Source: Alphaproteobacteria bacterium (lineage in GTDB: Bacteria > Pseudomonadota > Alphaproteobacteria > JAAXGF01). From it: DNA of 64,000 nucleotides. The notes beneath the pieces were generated by a model, which was not told the DNA's origin, ran no database searches, and was given only the letters and a program-made list of their open reading frames with translations. Positions 48,107-59,330 of the stretch are shown here, piece after piece. The translations under genes were made by a program, and so were the position numbers. How positions within the stretch are numbered: the stretch's first letter is position 1; every line of letters starts with the position of its first letter. The DNA lies in the NCBI GenBank assembly GCA_963555825.3, contig CAUVXB020000002.1:1280001-1344000 (forward strand), in the 5' to 3' direction.

Positions 48107-48725
48107 GCAGGAATCGACTGTCTTCGTCGTCGACGACGACGATGCGGTCCGCGACTCGATGCGCTGGCTGGTCGAATCGATCGGCCTTCCGGTCGAGACC
48201 TACGCCAGCGCGCGCGAGTTTCTCGAGACCCACGATCTGAACCGGCCCGGCTGCCTGGTGCTTGACGTGCGCATGCCTGGCATGAGCGGCCTCGACCTGC
48301 AGGAGAAGCTCCACGAAAACGGCATCGTCATCCCGATTATCGTCGTCACCGGCCACGGCGACGTGCCGACCGCGGTGCGCGCGATCAAGGCCGGCGCCGT
48401 CGAGTTCATCGAGAAGCCGGTCAACGACCAGCTGCTGCTCGACACCATCCAGCGCTGTATCGAGAAGGACACCGAATATCGGCAGGAATCGGCGACACGC
48501 AGCGTAATCGCGGCGCGCTATATGTCGCTCACGCCGCGCGAGCGCGAGGTGATGGCACAGGTCGTCGCCGGTGAGCCGAACAAGATGATCGCGCGCAACC
48601 TCGATCTCAGCGCCAAGACGATCGAGGCCCACCGGGCCGCGGTGATGCGCAAGATGGAGGCCGATTCGCTCGCCAATCTGGTGCACATGGCGATCGCCTG
48701 CGAAGACCAGCAGGAGCAAGGCTGA
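48093..48725 (+). CDS. FixJ/TtrR-family response regulator (receiver plus LuxR HTH)
   Basis: VVDDD, LDVRMPGMSG, FIEKP and LTPREREV...NK.IA..L.LS.KTIE.HR. Confidence 0.93.
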   Translation: MTMAEQESTVFVVDDDDAVRDSMRWLVESIGLPVETYASAREFLETHDLNRPGCLVLDVRMPGMSGLDLQEKLHENGIVIPIIVVTGHGDVPTAVRAIKAGAVEFIEKPVNDQLLLDTIQRCIEKDTEYRQESATRSVIAARYMSLTPREREVMAQVVAGEPNKMIARNLDLSAKTIEAHRAAVMRKMEADSLANLVHMAIACEDQQEQG

Positions 48726-48732
48726 AGTCGGC

Positions 48733-51700
48733 TTAAGGTTTGTTTACGGTGATCGCGGTGCCGGTGCTGTCGCCGTCCGGGTCGTGGTTGGCCGGCGCGT
48801 CGTATGTGAGCGTGGTGTCGGTCACGCCGCCCACCGTGAACGTCATGCTGGCGTTTCTCTTGCCGACCGAGCCACTCGTCACGCTGCACTGGCCGCCGGC
48901 GCCCGTGGTGCATGAATAATCGGCGCCCGAGAAACCGCCGCTCCAGTTTCCGCTCACCACGGCGTTGGCAACCGCTTGTTCTGCCGCGTCGTGCACCGTG
49001 ACGGTGACCGTCGCCTGCCATTGACCCTTCTGACCCGTCGCCGCGCCGTCGAGGTCGCCGACGTGCATCGTGTCGGACGGGTTGGGCGATAAGACGACGA
49101 CGGTCACCTGATCGGTGTCGGACGCCCCGCCGTCGTCGGTGACGGTCAGCGTGATGGTGTGAGCGCCGACGCCGAGCGTGACCGTCGGCGATGCGCCGGT
49201 CGCGATTGTCGAGCCGCCTTCCGACCACTCGTAGGCGACGATGTTGCCGTCCGAATCGGATGAGCCGGCGCCGTCAAGCGTGACCAATTCGCTCCCCGAG
49301 TCGTCGCTGTCGGTTACCGTCTGGTCCGTCCCCGCGTTGGCCGTCGGCGGTTGATTCGATGGCGTGCCGGACTGTGTGACGGTGATCGCCGTGCCCGAGC
49401 TGTCGCTGTCCGGGTCGTGATTGTCGGCGGCAACGTAACTGTTCGAGGCGAGGCTCACGTCCGTCACAGTGAAGGTCATGCCGTCGTTCTTCTTGTGGAC
49501 GTGCGCGCTTTCAACGCTGCACTGCCCGACCGCGTCGGTCACGCAGGCGCCATCACCCGAAGACGCGCCGCTCCACGAACCGCTTACGGTGGCGTTCGCG
49601 AGCGGACCTTCGTTGCCGTCGTGGACGGTGATCGTCACCGTAACCCACCACTGGTTCTTCTGCGTATCGGGCGCGCCATCGAGGTCACCGAGGTGCATGG
49701 TCGCCGCCCCGATAACGGTGACGTCCTGCGTCGCCGTACCGGTGTTGCCGGCGGCGTCGATGGCGCTCCAGGTGACCGTCGTGGTGCCAACGGGGAACGG
49801 CCCGGTGTCGTCCGCCGTCGGCGTCAACGCGCCGCCGACCAGGTCGCTCGCGCTCGCCGTGCCGAGGTCGACGTCGGTCAGCGTACCGGTCGACGGAACC
49901 GTCACGTCGGCCGGCCCGTCACCGCGGGCGCCGTGGTGTCGGCGACGGTGACCGTCTGGGTCGCGGAGGCGCTGTTGCCGGCCGCGTCGGTCGCGCTCCA
50001 GGTCACCACCGTCGCGCCGAGCGGGAACTGCGCCGGCGCGTCGCTGGTCGCCGCGACCGCGCCGTCGACCAGGTCGTCGGCGGTCGCCGCGCCGATCGAC
50101 ACCGTGGTCAGCGTGCCGGTCGCCTCGGCCGTCACGTCGGCCGGCGCCGTCACCGCGGGCGCCGTGGTGTCGGCGACGGTGACGGTCTGGGTCGCGGAGG
50201 CGCTGTTGCCGGCCGCGTCGGTCGCGCTCCAGGTCACCACCGTCGCGCCGAGCGGGAACTGCGCCGGCGCGTCGCTGGTCGCCGCGACCGCGCCGTCGAC
50301 CAGGTCATCGGCGGTCGCCGCGCCGAGCGACACCGTGGTCAGCGTGCCCGCGCCGTCGACCAGGCGCTGTTGCCGGCCGCGTCGGTCGCGCTCCAGGTCA
50401 CCACCGTCACTGCGCCGGCGCGTCGGCGGTCGACCAGGTCATCGGCGGTCGCCGCGCCGAGCGACACCGTGGTCAGCGTGCCGGTCGCCTCCGCCGTGAC
50501 GTCGGCCGGCGCCGTCACCGCGGGCGCCGTGCTGTCTGTGACGGTGACGGTCTGCGTCGCGGAGGCGCTGTTGCCGGCCGCGTCGGTCGCGCTCCAGGTC
50601 ACCACCGTCGCGCCGAGCGGGAACTGCGCCGGCGCGTCGCTGGTCGCCGCGACCGCGCTGTCGACCAGGTCATCGGCGGTCGCCGCGCCGAGCGACACCG
50701 TGGTCAGCGTGCCGGTCGCCTCCGCCGTGACGTCGGCCGGCGCCGTCACCGCGGGCGCCGTGCTGTCTGTGACGGTGACGGTCTGCGTCGCGGAGGCGCT
50801 GTTGCCGGCCGCGTCGGTCGCGCTCCAGGTCACCACCGTCGCGCCGAGCGGGAACTGCGCCGGCGCGTCGCTGGTCGCCGCGACCGCGCCGTCGACCAGG
50901 TCATCGGCGGTCGCCGCGCCGATCGACACCGTGGTCAGCGTGCCCGTCGCCTCCGCCGTGACGTCGGCCGGCGCCGTCACCGCGGGCGCCGTGGTGTCGG
51001 CGACGGTGACCGTCTGCGTCGCGGAGGCGCTGTTGCCGGCCGCGTCGGTCGCGCTCCAGGTGACGACGGTGACACCGACCGGGAACGGGCCGCTGTTGTC
51101 AGGCGTTGGGGTGAGACTGCCATCGACAAGGTCCGAGGCCGCCGCGCTGCCGAGGGCGACTTCGGTGAACTCCCCGGTCGCCTCGACGGTGACGTCGGCC
51201 GGCGGGCTGACCGTGGGCGGCGTCAAATCGGTAACGGTGACGTTCTGGCTTGCCGACCCCTCGTTGCCGGCCGTGTCGGTTGCGCTCCAGGTCACCGTCG
51301 TCAGGCCGACCAAGAATGGCCCGGTAATGTCGGGCGTCGGCGTAAGCGGCCCATCGACGTCGTCGAGCGCCGTCGCCGTGCCGAGCGAGACCGGCGTGGT
51401 CGGCCCGGTCGCCTCGGTCGTGATGTCGGCCGGTGGCGTGACGGTCGGCGAGCTGCTGTCTGTGACGGTGACCGTCTGGGTCGCGGTACCGACGTTGCTC
51501 GCGCTGTCGGTCGCGCTCCATGTGACGACGGTGACACCGACCGGGAACGGGCCGCTGTTGTCAGGCGTTGGGGTGAGACTGCCATCGACAAGGTCATCGG
51601 CGGTCGCCGCGCCGAGCGACACCGTGGTCAGCGTGCCGGTCGCCTCCGTCGTCACGTCGGCCGGCGCCGTCACCACGGGCGCCGTGGTGTCGGCGACGGT

Positions 51701-54700
51701 GACGGTCTGCGTCGCGGAGGCGCTGTTGCCGGCCGCGTCGGTCGCGCTCCAGGTCACCACCGTCGCGCCGAGCGGGAACTGCGTCGGCGCGTCGCTGGTC
51801 GCCGCGACCGCGCCGTCGACCAGGTCGTCGGCGGTCGCCGCGCCGATCGACACCGTGGTCAGCGTGCCGGTCGCCTCGGCCGTCACGTCGGCCGGCGCCG
51901 TCACCGCGGGCGCCGTGGTGTCGGCGACGGTGACGGTCTGCGTCGCGGAGGCGCTGTTGCCGGCCGCGTCGGTCGCGCTCCAGGTCACCACCGTCGCGCC
52001 GAGCGGGAACTGCGCCGGCGCGTCGCTGGTCGCCGCGACCGCGCCGTCGACCAGGTCATCGGCGGTCGCCGCGCCGATCGACACCGTGGTCAGCGTGCCG
52101 GTCGCCTCCGCCGTGACGTCGGCCGGCGCCGTCACCGCGGGCGCCGTGCTGTCTGTGACGGTGACGGTCTGCGTCGCGGAGGCGCTGTTGCCGGCCGCGT
52201 CGGTCGCGCTCCAGGTCACCACCGTCGCGCCGAGCGGGAACTGCGCCGGCGCGTCGCTGGTCGCCAAGACCGCGCCGTCGACCAGGTCATCGGCGGTCGC
52301 CGCGCCGATCGACACCGGGGTCAGCGTACCCGTCGCCTCGGCCGTCACGTCGGCCGGCGCCGTCACCACGGGCGCCGTGGTGTCGGCGACGGTGACGGTC
52401 TGCGTCGCGGAGGCGCTGTTGCCGGCCGCGTCGGTCGCGCTCCAGGTCACCACCGTCGCGCCGAGCGGGAACTGCGCCGGCGCGTCGCTGGTCGCCAAGA
52501 CCGCGCCGTCGACCAGGTCATCGGCGGTCGCCGCGCCGATCGACACCGGGGTCAGCGTACCCATCGCCTCGGCCGTCACGTCGGCGGGCGGCGTCACCGC
52601 CGGCGGCGTCGTGTCGGTGACGGTGACGGTGAAGGTCACCTGGCTCGAGTTGTTGCTGGCGTCGGTCGCGGTCACCGTGACGATCGTGGCGCCGAGCGCG
52701 AAGGTCGATCCCGAGGCGGGCACGGCGACCACCGTGGGCGCCGGGTCCGCCAGGTCGTTCGCGGCCGGAAGCGCGAAGCCGACGACCGCCCCGCTCGCGC
52801 CGGTCGCCTCGACGGTGATGTTTGCGGGCGGCGTGACGACCGGCGCGGTCGTATCGGTGACGGTGACGGTCTGCGTCGCCGTGCCGGTATTGCCGGCGCC
52901 GTCCGTTGCGCTCCAGGTGACCGTCGTCGCGCCGACGGCGAACGGGCCGGTGATATCGGGCGTCGGGGTCAACGACCCGTCGACGTCATCGCTCGCGCTC
53001 GCCGAACCGAGCGACACCGGCGCCGTCGGGCCGCTGGCCTCGACCGTGACATCGGCGGGCGGCGTCACTACGGGTGGTGTGGTGTCGACCACGGTAATCG
53101 GGGCGACCGAGACGTTGTTGGTTTCGTCGCTTTCCGCGACGACCGCACCGGCGTCACCTTCCACCAGGATGTACCACGAACCCAGCGCCGTGCCTGGCGG
53201 AATCGAAACATCCTCTGTGGAAAAGCCGATAGTACCAGGCCTCAATGGACCGGCGTTGTTAGAGGTAATTCCCGACCCTATCTGCGTGTCTGAAGCGTCG
53301 AGCGTCGTATTGGCCGACAAAAAAACCTTCTCGCTATAGGCGTTGTTGGCCGTCTCCGTCCCGATGTTCCTCACAAACCAAGTCATCGTAACGACATCGC
53401 CCGGATCGACATTCCTGGTCGACAACTGTGTGATTTGAGTGACGATGTCGGCGCCGCCCGTGTTCTCACCCGTGACGTTGATCGACACGAAGCCGATGTT
53501 GTTGGCCTCGACACTCTCCGCGACGGCATTGTCTGCATCCCCTTCGACCAGGAGACGCCACGTGCCTTGCGCCGTACCCACCGGAATGGTGACGCTCACC
53601 GTTCCGGACCCGTGACTCGATCCAGACGGCAACGGAACACCGTCGTCGTGCGTATGGCTCGATGCCAATTCCACGTCTGAACCATCAATCAACTGGTCGG
53701 CCGACAGATAAACGATTTCGCGGTAACTGTTCGGGATCGTCTCAGTTCCAATGTTCTTGACGATCCAGTTGACGTCGATGCTGTCGCCCTCCGACACCAA
53801 GATGTTCGACGCCGTCACGTTCTCGACGACGATGTCCATCCCATCCGAAACATCATCAAAGACGGAGACGGGATGGGCCGTCACGTTGTTGGTTTCGTCA
53901 CTCTCCGCAACGTTATTGTCTCCATCCCCTTCGACCAGGAAATACCACGCGCCTTCAGCCGTACTCGCCGGAACGGTAAAGACCACCACGCCAGACCAGT
54001 GACTCGCTCCAGGCACAATCTCAAAAACGTCGAACTCGTGGTTCCTCGATCCCAATAGCACGTCGGAACCGTCGAGGATGGCGTCGGCCGACAGGTAAAT
54101 GTTGTCGCGATAGCTGTTCGTGACTGTCTCCGTTCCGATGTTTTTCACAAACCAGAACGCGGTGGTGAGTTCGCCCGGAGTCCAATAGATATTCGTTCCC
54201 AGGTTCTCGATCACGATGTCGGGACCCGTGCCGCCGCCCTGGGCGAAGTCGGCGTCGATCACGAGCGCGAAGGGCTGCGGACCGTTGGGCACGTTCGCGC
54301 CGCTCACGTCGACCGTCCAAGTGCCGGCCAGGGCGTTCGCGACGTAGACGTTCTCGACATTGTTGGTGGCATCGGCCGCGCCGCCGGTGGTCGACCAGCC
54401 GCCGCTGAACACGTTGCCGAGATAGCTGGTGCTGCCGTCGGGCGCGGTCACCACGAGGTCGAGGTCGTTGACCAGGTTGGTCGCCGCGGCCGCGGTCGAG
54501 GGAAAGTCGCTCCACACCAGGCTGACGCGGAAATCGCCGCCGACGGCGATGTCGAAGCTGTGGCTGGCAGTCTGGGCGGTGCCGACACCGGTGGTGTCAT
54601 CGACGTATTGGTGGCTTTCGTCGGTCGCGTTGTCGAGGTCGACCAGGCCCCAACCCTCGTGAACGTTGGGGATCGGGAAGTCGTTGTCGTTGACGCCGTC

Positions 54701-54883
54701 GTTGTTCTCGTCGGCCATGTCGACGGCCGAATTGATCAGCGTCGCCTTGATCAGCGCGGCGCTGGCGTCGTGGCCATAGACGTCGTCGTAGAAGTCGCGC
54801 AGCACCGCGACGCCGCCGGCGGTCAGCGGCGTCGCCATCGATGTGCCGCCCATATACTTGTAATAGGCGCTCATCGGAAAGCC
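48733..54883 (-). pseudogene. Giant extracellular Kp43-type S8 subtilase with 3 CARDB, ~15 HYR, PKD and two Cys-containing Ig-like domains; 5' part missing, frameshifted
   Basis: Catalytic GTSMATP, SAALIKATLINSA, GWGLVDL, LVNDLDL and NNVE; CARDB AESDETNN; 77-aa HYR units. Frame breaks at ~50340-50430 and ~49915; cut by the IS end at 54884. Confidence 0.85.
49700..53090 (-). repeat. Coding tandem array of ~231-bp HYR repeats
   Basis: Near-identical units (e.g. 50521 and 50752 are 231 bp apart), interspersed with divergent units. Confidence 0.9.
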
Positions 54884-54918
54884 TGTATCGCACCCGGTTC
54901 CTTGGACACAAGTTTGTC

Positions 54919-55830
54919 TCATGCGGCGGGCCTGAGTGACATCGCGGTGTGCCACGCCTGACGAGCTTGAGCGGGGCTCAGGTAGCCGTTCTTCTCCACG
55001 ATCCACTGGGCATTGTACTGTTCGACGAACCCGCGGACGGCGTTCCGCAGCTCCGCGATGTTGCGGTAGATGCGGCCATGGATGATCTGTTCCTTGAGCG
55101 TGCGATTGAACCTCTCGGCGACGCCGTTGGTCTGGGGCTGTTCGACGAAGGCGTAGGACGGCTGGATGCCCCAGAACTTGATCTGGTTGGTGAAGTGGTC
55201 CGACAGATACTGGGAGCCGTGATCCATCCGCAAGGCCAGCCCCCGCGCCGCACCGGCGGAGGTCGAGGCATACAGCCTCGCAAGCCCCATGGAGATCGGC
55301 TGAAGGGCGGCGAAGCGGTCGCCTCGCTTGCACACATGCCAGCCGACGCACTCGGCGTTCCAATGCTCGATGGCGGTGAATATCCAGCCCCAGCCGTCGT
55401 CCACCGTGAACACCCGAACGCCGTCCGTGCCCCACATGAGGTTGGGGGCATGGGTGATGATCTCACCGACATGGGGATTTCCGCCACGGCGGCGGCAGCG
55501 ATGGGGCGAGAGCAGGTTGTTCTCGCGCATCACCCGGAGCCCCCGCTTGCGGGAAACACGGATGCCACGACAGACCCGAAGCCGAGCCCAGACCTTGCGG
55601 TGTCCCTCGCCCTCCCAGGGGGATGCCTCCAGGTCGGCCTCGATGGCCACCAGCAGAGCCTCGTCCGAGATCGAGGGCTTCGGTCCCCGGCGCTTTGCTG
55701 GTGGGCGCTCAGCGGTGGCCTGCTGCCGGGATTTCATGGCGTAGAACGAGGAACGGGCAAAACCCCAGGCCGCACAGACCCGCTGGAGGCCGTAGGCCAA
55801 ACCCGTGCCGGGAGAGGTGGCGGCACTCAT
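54919..55830 (-). CDS. IS3-family transposase OrfB (integrase core), copy 1
   Basis: WGTDG, DHGSQY and PQTNGVAERFNRTLKE. Confidence 0.9.
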   Translation of the reverse strand: MSAATSPGTGLAYGLQRVCAAWGFARSSFYAMKSRQQATAERPPAKRRGPKPSISDEALLVAIEADLEASPWEGEGHRKVWARLRVCRGIRVSRKRGLRVMRENNLLSPHRCRRRGGNPHVGEIITHAPNLMWGTDGVRVFTVDDGWGWIFTAIEHWNAECVGWHVCKRGDRFAALQPISMGLARLYASTSAGAARGLALRMDHGSQYLSDHFTNQIKFWGIQPSYAFVEQPQTNGVAERFNRTLKEQIIHGRIYRNIAELRNAVRGFVEQYNAQWIVEKNGYLSPAQARQAWHTAMSLRPAA

Positions 55831-56258
55831 CGCCGCGACCTCCGCCGCCCCAAAGGGCCGGACGTCTCCGTCTTGGCCTCCAGCAGTTCCACCTGCATGA
55901 TCAACTCCCCGATCCGCTTCATGGCGATGTCCAGTTCCGCCTTCACCGGATCGCCCTTGCGTTCCTTGAGCGAGGCATCGATCCCGGCGATCGCCTTCTC
56001 ACGCCACTGCTCGAGCCGGAAAATCTCCACGCCCAACTGCCGCGACAAAAGTTCCACCGGCTCGCCACGCAAAAGCCGCAGGGCAACCTCACGCTTGCGC
56101 GTCACCGTCCACCGCTGGCCAAGTCCCAGCGGGCCTGCCGGCGAAACCTGGCCCGGGGAAAACGTGGACGAGCCAAGCTCGCCCTCGTTTACCACAGGCC
56201 CATCAACAGCAACTTTGTTCTCAAAATTGTCGGTCATGTTCCGGTCCTCCTTGGACAC
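55827..56258 (-). CDS. IS3-family OrfA (HTH), copy 1
   Basis: [18 protein letters not shown]...LSRQLGV, followed by a coiled-coil tail. Confidence 0.85.
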   Translation of the reverse strand: MSKEDRNMTDNFENKVAVDGPVVNEGELGSSTFSPGQVSPAGPLGLGQRWTVTRKREVALRLLRGEPVELLSRQLGVEIFRLEQWREKAIAGIDASLKERKGDPVKAELDIAMKRIGELIMQVELLEAKTETSGPLGRRRSRR

Positions 56259-56339
56259 TTCGATTAAGCCAATTCTGTGTCCAAGGAAATCGGGTCCGAC
56301 TCACTGTATCGCACCCGGTTCCTTGGACACAAGTTTGTC

Positions 56340-57251
56340 TCATGCGGCGGGCCTGAGTGACATCGCGGTGTGCCACGCCTGACGAGCTTGAGCGGGGCTC
56401 AGGTAGCCGTTCTTCTCCACGATCCACTGGGCATTGTACTGTTCGACGAACCCGCGGACGGCGTTCCGCAGCTCCGCGATGTTGCGGTAGATGCGGCCAT
56501 GGATGATCTGTTCCTTGAGCGTGCGATTGAACCTCTCGGCGACGCCGTTGGTCTGGGGCTGTTCGACGAAGGCGTAGGACGGCTGGATGCCCCAGAACTT
56601 GATCTGGTTGGTGAAGTGGTCCGACAGATACTGGGAGCCGTGATCCATCCGCAAGGCCAGCCCCCGCGCCGCACCGGCGGAGGTCGAGGCATACAGCCTC
56701 GCAAGCCCCATGGAGATCGGCTGAAGGGCGGCGAAGCGGTCGCCTCGCTTGCACACATGCCAGCCGACGCACTCGGCGTTCCAATGCTCGATGGCGGTGA
56801 ATATCCAGCCCCAGCCGTCGTCCACCGTGAACACCCGAACGCCGTCCGTGCCCCACATGAGGTTGGGGGCATGGGTGATGATCTCACCGACATGGGGATT
56901 TCCGCCACGGCGGCGGCAGCGATGGGGCGAGAGCAGGTTGTTCTCGCGCATCACCCGGAGCCCCCGCTTGCGGGAAACACGGATGCCACGACAGACCCGA
57001 AGCCGAGCCCAGACCTTGCGGTGTCCCTCGCCCTCCCAGGGGGATGCCTCCAGGTCGGCCTCGATGGCCACCAGCAGAGCCTCGTCCGAGATCGAGGGCT
57101 TCGGTCCCCGGCGCTTTGCTGGTGGGCGCTCAGCGGTGGCCTGCTGCCGGGATTTCATGGCGTAGAACGAGGAACGGGCAAAACCCCAGGCCGCACAGAC
57201 CCGCTGGAGGCCGTAGGCCAAACCCGTGCCGGGAGAGGTGGCGGCACTCAT
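56340..57251 (-). CDS. IS3-family transposase OrfB, copy 2
   Basis: Same translation as copy 1. Confidence 0.9.
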   Translation of the reverse strand: MSAATSPGTGLAYGLQRVCAAWGFARSSFYAMKSRQQATAERPPAKRRGPKPSISDEALLVAIEADLEASPWEGEGHRKVWARLRVCRGIRVSRKRGLRVMRENNLLSPHRCRRRGGNPHVGEIITHAPNLMWGTDGVRVFTVDDGWGWIFTAIEHWNAECVGWHVCKRGDRFAALQPISMGLARLYASTSAGAARGLALRMDHGSQYLSDHFTNQIKFWGIQPSYAFVEQPQTNGVAERFNRTLKEQIIHGRIYRNIAELRNAVRGFVEQYNAQWIVEKNGYLSPAQARQAWHTAMSLRPAA

Positions 57252-57679
57252 CGCCGCGACCTCCGCCGCCCCAAAGGGCCGGACGTCTCCGTCTTGGCCT
57301 CCAGCAGTTCCACCTGCATGATCAACTCCCCGATCCGCTTCATGGCGATGTCCAGTTCCGCCTTCACCGGATCGCCCTTGCGTTCCTTGAGCGAGGCATC
57401 GATCCCGGCGATCGCCTTCTCACGCCACTGCTCGAGCCGGAAAATCTCCACGCCCAACTGCCGCGACAAAAGTTCCACCGGCTCGCCACGCAAAAGCCGC
57501 AGGGCAACCTCACGCTTGCGCGTCACCGTCCACCGCTGGCCAAGTCCCAGCGGGCCTGCCGGCGAAACCTGGCCCGGGGAAAACGTGGACGAGCCAAGCT
57601 CGCCCTCGTTTACCACAGGCCCATCAACAGCAACTTTGTTCTCAAAATTGTCGGTCATGTTCCGGTCCTCCTTGGACAC
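57248..57679 (-). CDS. IS3-family OrfA, copy 2
   Basis: Same translation as copy 1. Confidence 0.85.
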   Translation of the reverse strand: MSKEDRNMTDNFENKVAVDGPVVNEGELGSSTFSPGQVSPAGPLGLGQRWTVTRKREVALRLLRGEPVELLSRQLGVEIFRLEQWREKAIAGIDASLKERKGDPVKAELDIAMKRIGELIMQVELLEAKTETSGPLGRRRSRR

Positions 57680-57927
57680 TTCGATTAAGCCAATTCTGTG
57701 TCCAAGGAAATCGGGTCCGACTCACGTCGAGTTGTAAACACATGCTTATGCGGGCCCCGGCGCAAGGCGGTTGTAACGTCGCGCTTGTCGGCGACGCCTG
57801 TCTCGCTCACTATCCGGTGCGGCCCGGCAGACAACAAGGACCAGCCTATGAGCAAACGCGACGATCACCCGAGGCCGACCGACCCGGCCGTTGCCCGGCG
57901 CAAGGCCGGCGCCCGGGGGCCTTAGGC

Positions 57928-59214
57928 ATGCAGGCGGGTTTCGATTTGGTCGCCGTGCTGTTCGGCCTGGCGGCGCTGTTCGGCTACATCAACTACTGCT
58001 ACCTCAAGCTGCCGCACACCATCGGCCTTGTCGTCATCGCGCTGGCCGTCTCGTTCGGCTTGCTCGCGGCCGATGCCGCGGTTCCCGCCTGGGGCCTCGG
58101 CGACGCGGTGCACCAGGCGCTCGACAGGATCGACTTCACCGAGGTGTTGATGAAGGGGTTCCTGAGCTTTCTGCTGTTCGCCGGCGCGCTGCACGTCAAC
58201 CTCGCCGACCTGGCCAAGCAAAAGTGGGCGATCGGCGGCATGGCGACGTTCGGCGTGCTGCTCTCCACCGGTCTCGTCGGCGGCGGCATCTGGCTGGTCG
58301 CCCAAGCGCTCGATCTCGCCCTGCCGTTCACCTATTGCCTAGTGTTCGGCGCGCTCATCTCGCCGACCGACCCGGTCGCCGTGATCGGCATCTTGAAGCA
58401 CGTCAAGGTGCCGCCGAGCCTCGAGGCCAAGATCGCCGGCGAGAGCCTGTTCAACGACGGCGTCGGCGTCGTCCTGTTCACCATCGTCGTCGCCATCGCG
58501 ACCGGCTCGGCGGGCGACGATCTCGGCGCGGTCTCGATCGCGGCGCTGTTCCTTGGCGAGGCGCTGGGTGGCGCGGCGCTCGGCTTCGGCGCCGGCTGCG
58601 TGGCTTTCTACGCCATGCGGCGCGTCGACGAACACAACATCGAGGTCATCATCACGCTGGCCCTGGTCACGGTGAGCTATGCCCTGGCGCATCGGCTGCA
58701 CGTCTCGGGGCCGATCGCCGTGGTCGTCGCCGGCCTGTTGATCGGCAATCACGGCGTGCGCTTCGCGATGAGCGAAAAGACGCGCGAGCACGTCATCACC
58801 TTCTGGTCGCTGTCCGACGAGATCCTGAATTCGCTCTTGTTCATGCTGATCGGCTTCGAGGTCGTGGTGATCGCCGCCGAACCGCGCTACCTCGCCGCCA
58901 TCGCTTTCGCCGTGCCGCTGGTGCTGGCGAGCCGCTTCGTCTCGGTGTCGATTCCGATTACCGTGCTGGCGCGGTGGACCGACTTCACCAAGGGCGCGAT
59001 CCCGACGCTCACCTGGGGCGGTCTGCGCGGCGGTATCTCGGTGGCGCTGGCGCTGTCACTGCCGCCATCACATGAGCGCGAGACGATACTCGCGGTGTGT
59101 TACGGCGTGGTCATCTTCTCGGTCGTCGTGCAGGGCCTGACCATGGAGCGGCTGGTGCGCCGCGTCGTGCCATCGGACGACGGTAATACCGAGGATCAGA
59201 CGCCCGAACACTGA
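57928..59214 (+). CDS. nhaP: Na+/H+ antiporter, CPA1/NhaP family
   Basis: [29 protein letters not shown] and [12 protein letters not shown]. Confidence 0.92.
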   Translation: MQAGFDLVAVLFGLAALFGYINYCYLKLPHTIGLVVIALAVSFGLLAADAAVPAWGLGDAVHQALDRIDFTEVLMKGFLSFLLFAGALHVNLADLAKQKWAIGGMATFGVLLSTGLVGGGIWLVAQALDLALPFTYCLVFGALISPTDPVAVIGILKHVKVPPSLEAKIAGESLFNDGVGVVLFTIVVAIATGSAGDDLGAVSIAALFLGEALGGAALGFGAGCVAFYAMRRVDEHNIEVIITLALVTVSYALAHRLHVSGPIAVVVAGLLIGNHGVRFAMSEKTREHVITFWSLSDEILNSLLFMLIGFEVVVIAAEPRYLAAIAFAVPLVLASRFVSVSIPITVLARWTDFTKGAIPTLTWGGLRGGISVALALSLPPSHERETILAVCYGVVIFSVVVQGLTMERLVRRVVPSDDGNTEDQTPEH

Positions 59215-59260
59215 CGGCGCGAGGCGCCGGGCGGCCCCATTTCGAACAAAACGACCGATA

Positions 59261-59297
59261 TGTGACAAGCATCACGCGGAGTGTGACGGGCGTCACT
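59261..59297. promoter_or_regulatory. Two phased CRP/FNR-family boxes
   Basis: TGTGA-CAAGCA-TCACG (59261-59276) and TGTGA-CGGGCG-TCACT (59282-59297), 21 bp apart. Confidence 0.55.
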
Positions 59298-59330
59298 GAC
59301 AGTAACGGGGGGTGTTGGTATGTATAGGCC

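Larger units (their letters stand above)
54884..56303 (-). mobile_element. IS3-family element, copy 1 (1420 bp)
   Basis: TG...CA ends with TIR core CCTTGGACAC; orfA and orfB overlap at ATGA. Confidence 0.88.
56305..57724 (-). mobile_element. IS3-family element, copy 2 (head-to-tail, 1-bp spacer)
   Basis: Apparently identical to copy 1 at a 1421-bp period; junction ...GACTCA-C-TGTATC... Confidence 0.88.

Noticed and set aside
50370-53339. 989-aa plus-strand ORF and other long antisense or Arg-rich ORFs (e.g. 8082-10466, 38682-40595, 1023-2561)
   Set aside because: They are shadow frames of real genes in high-GC DNA, with no family motifs.
50339-55435. 1698-aa ORF as an intact protein with a novel N-terminus
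   Set aside because: Its first ~184 codons are an alternative frame of the IS3 element.
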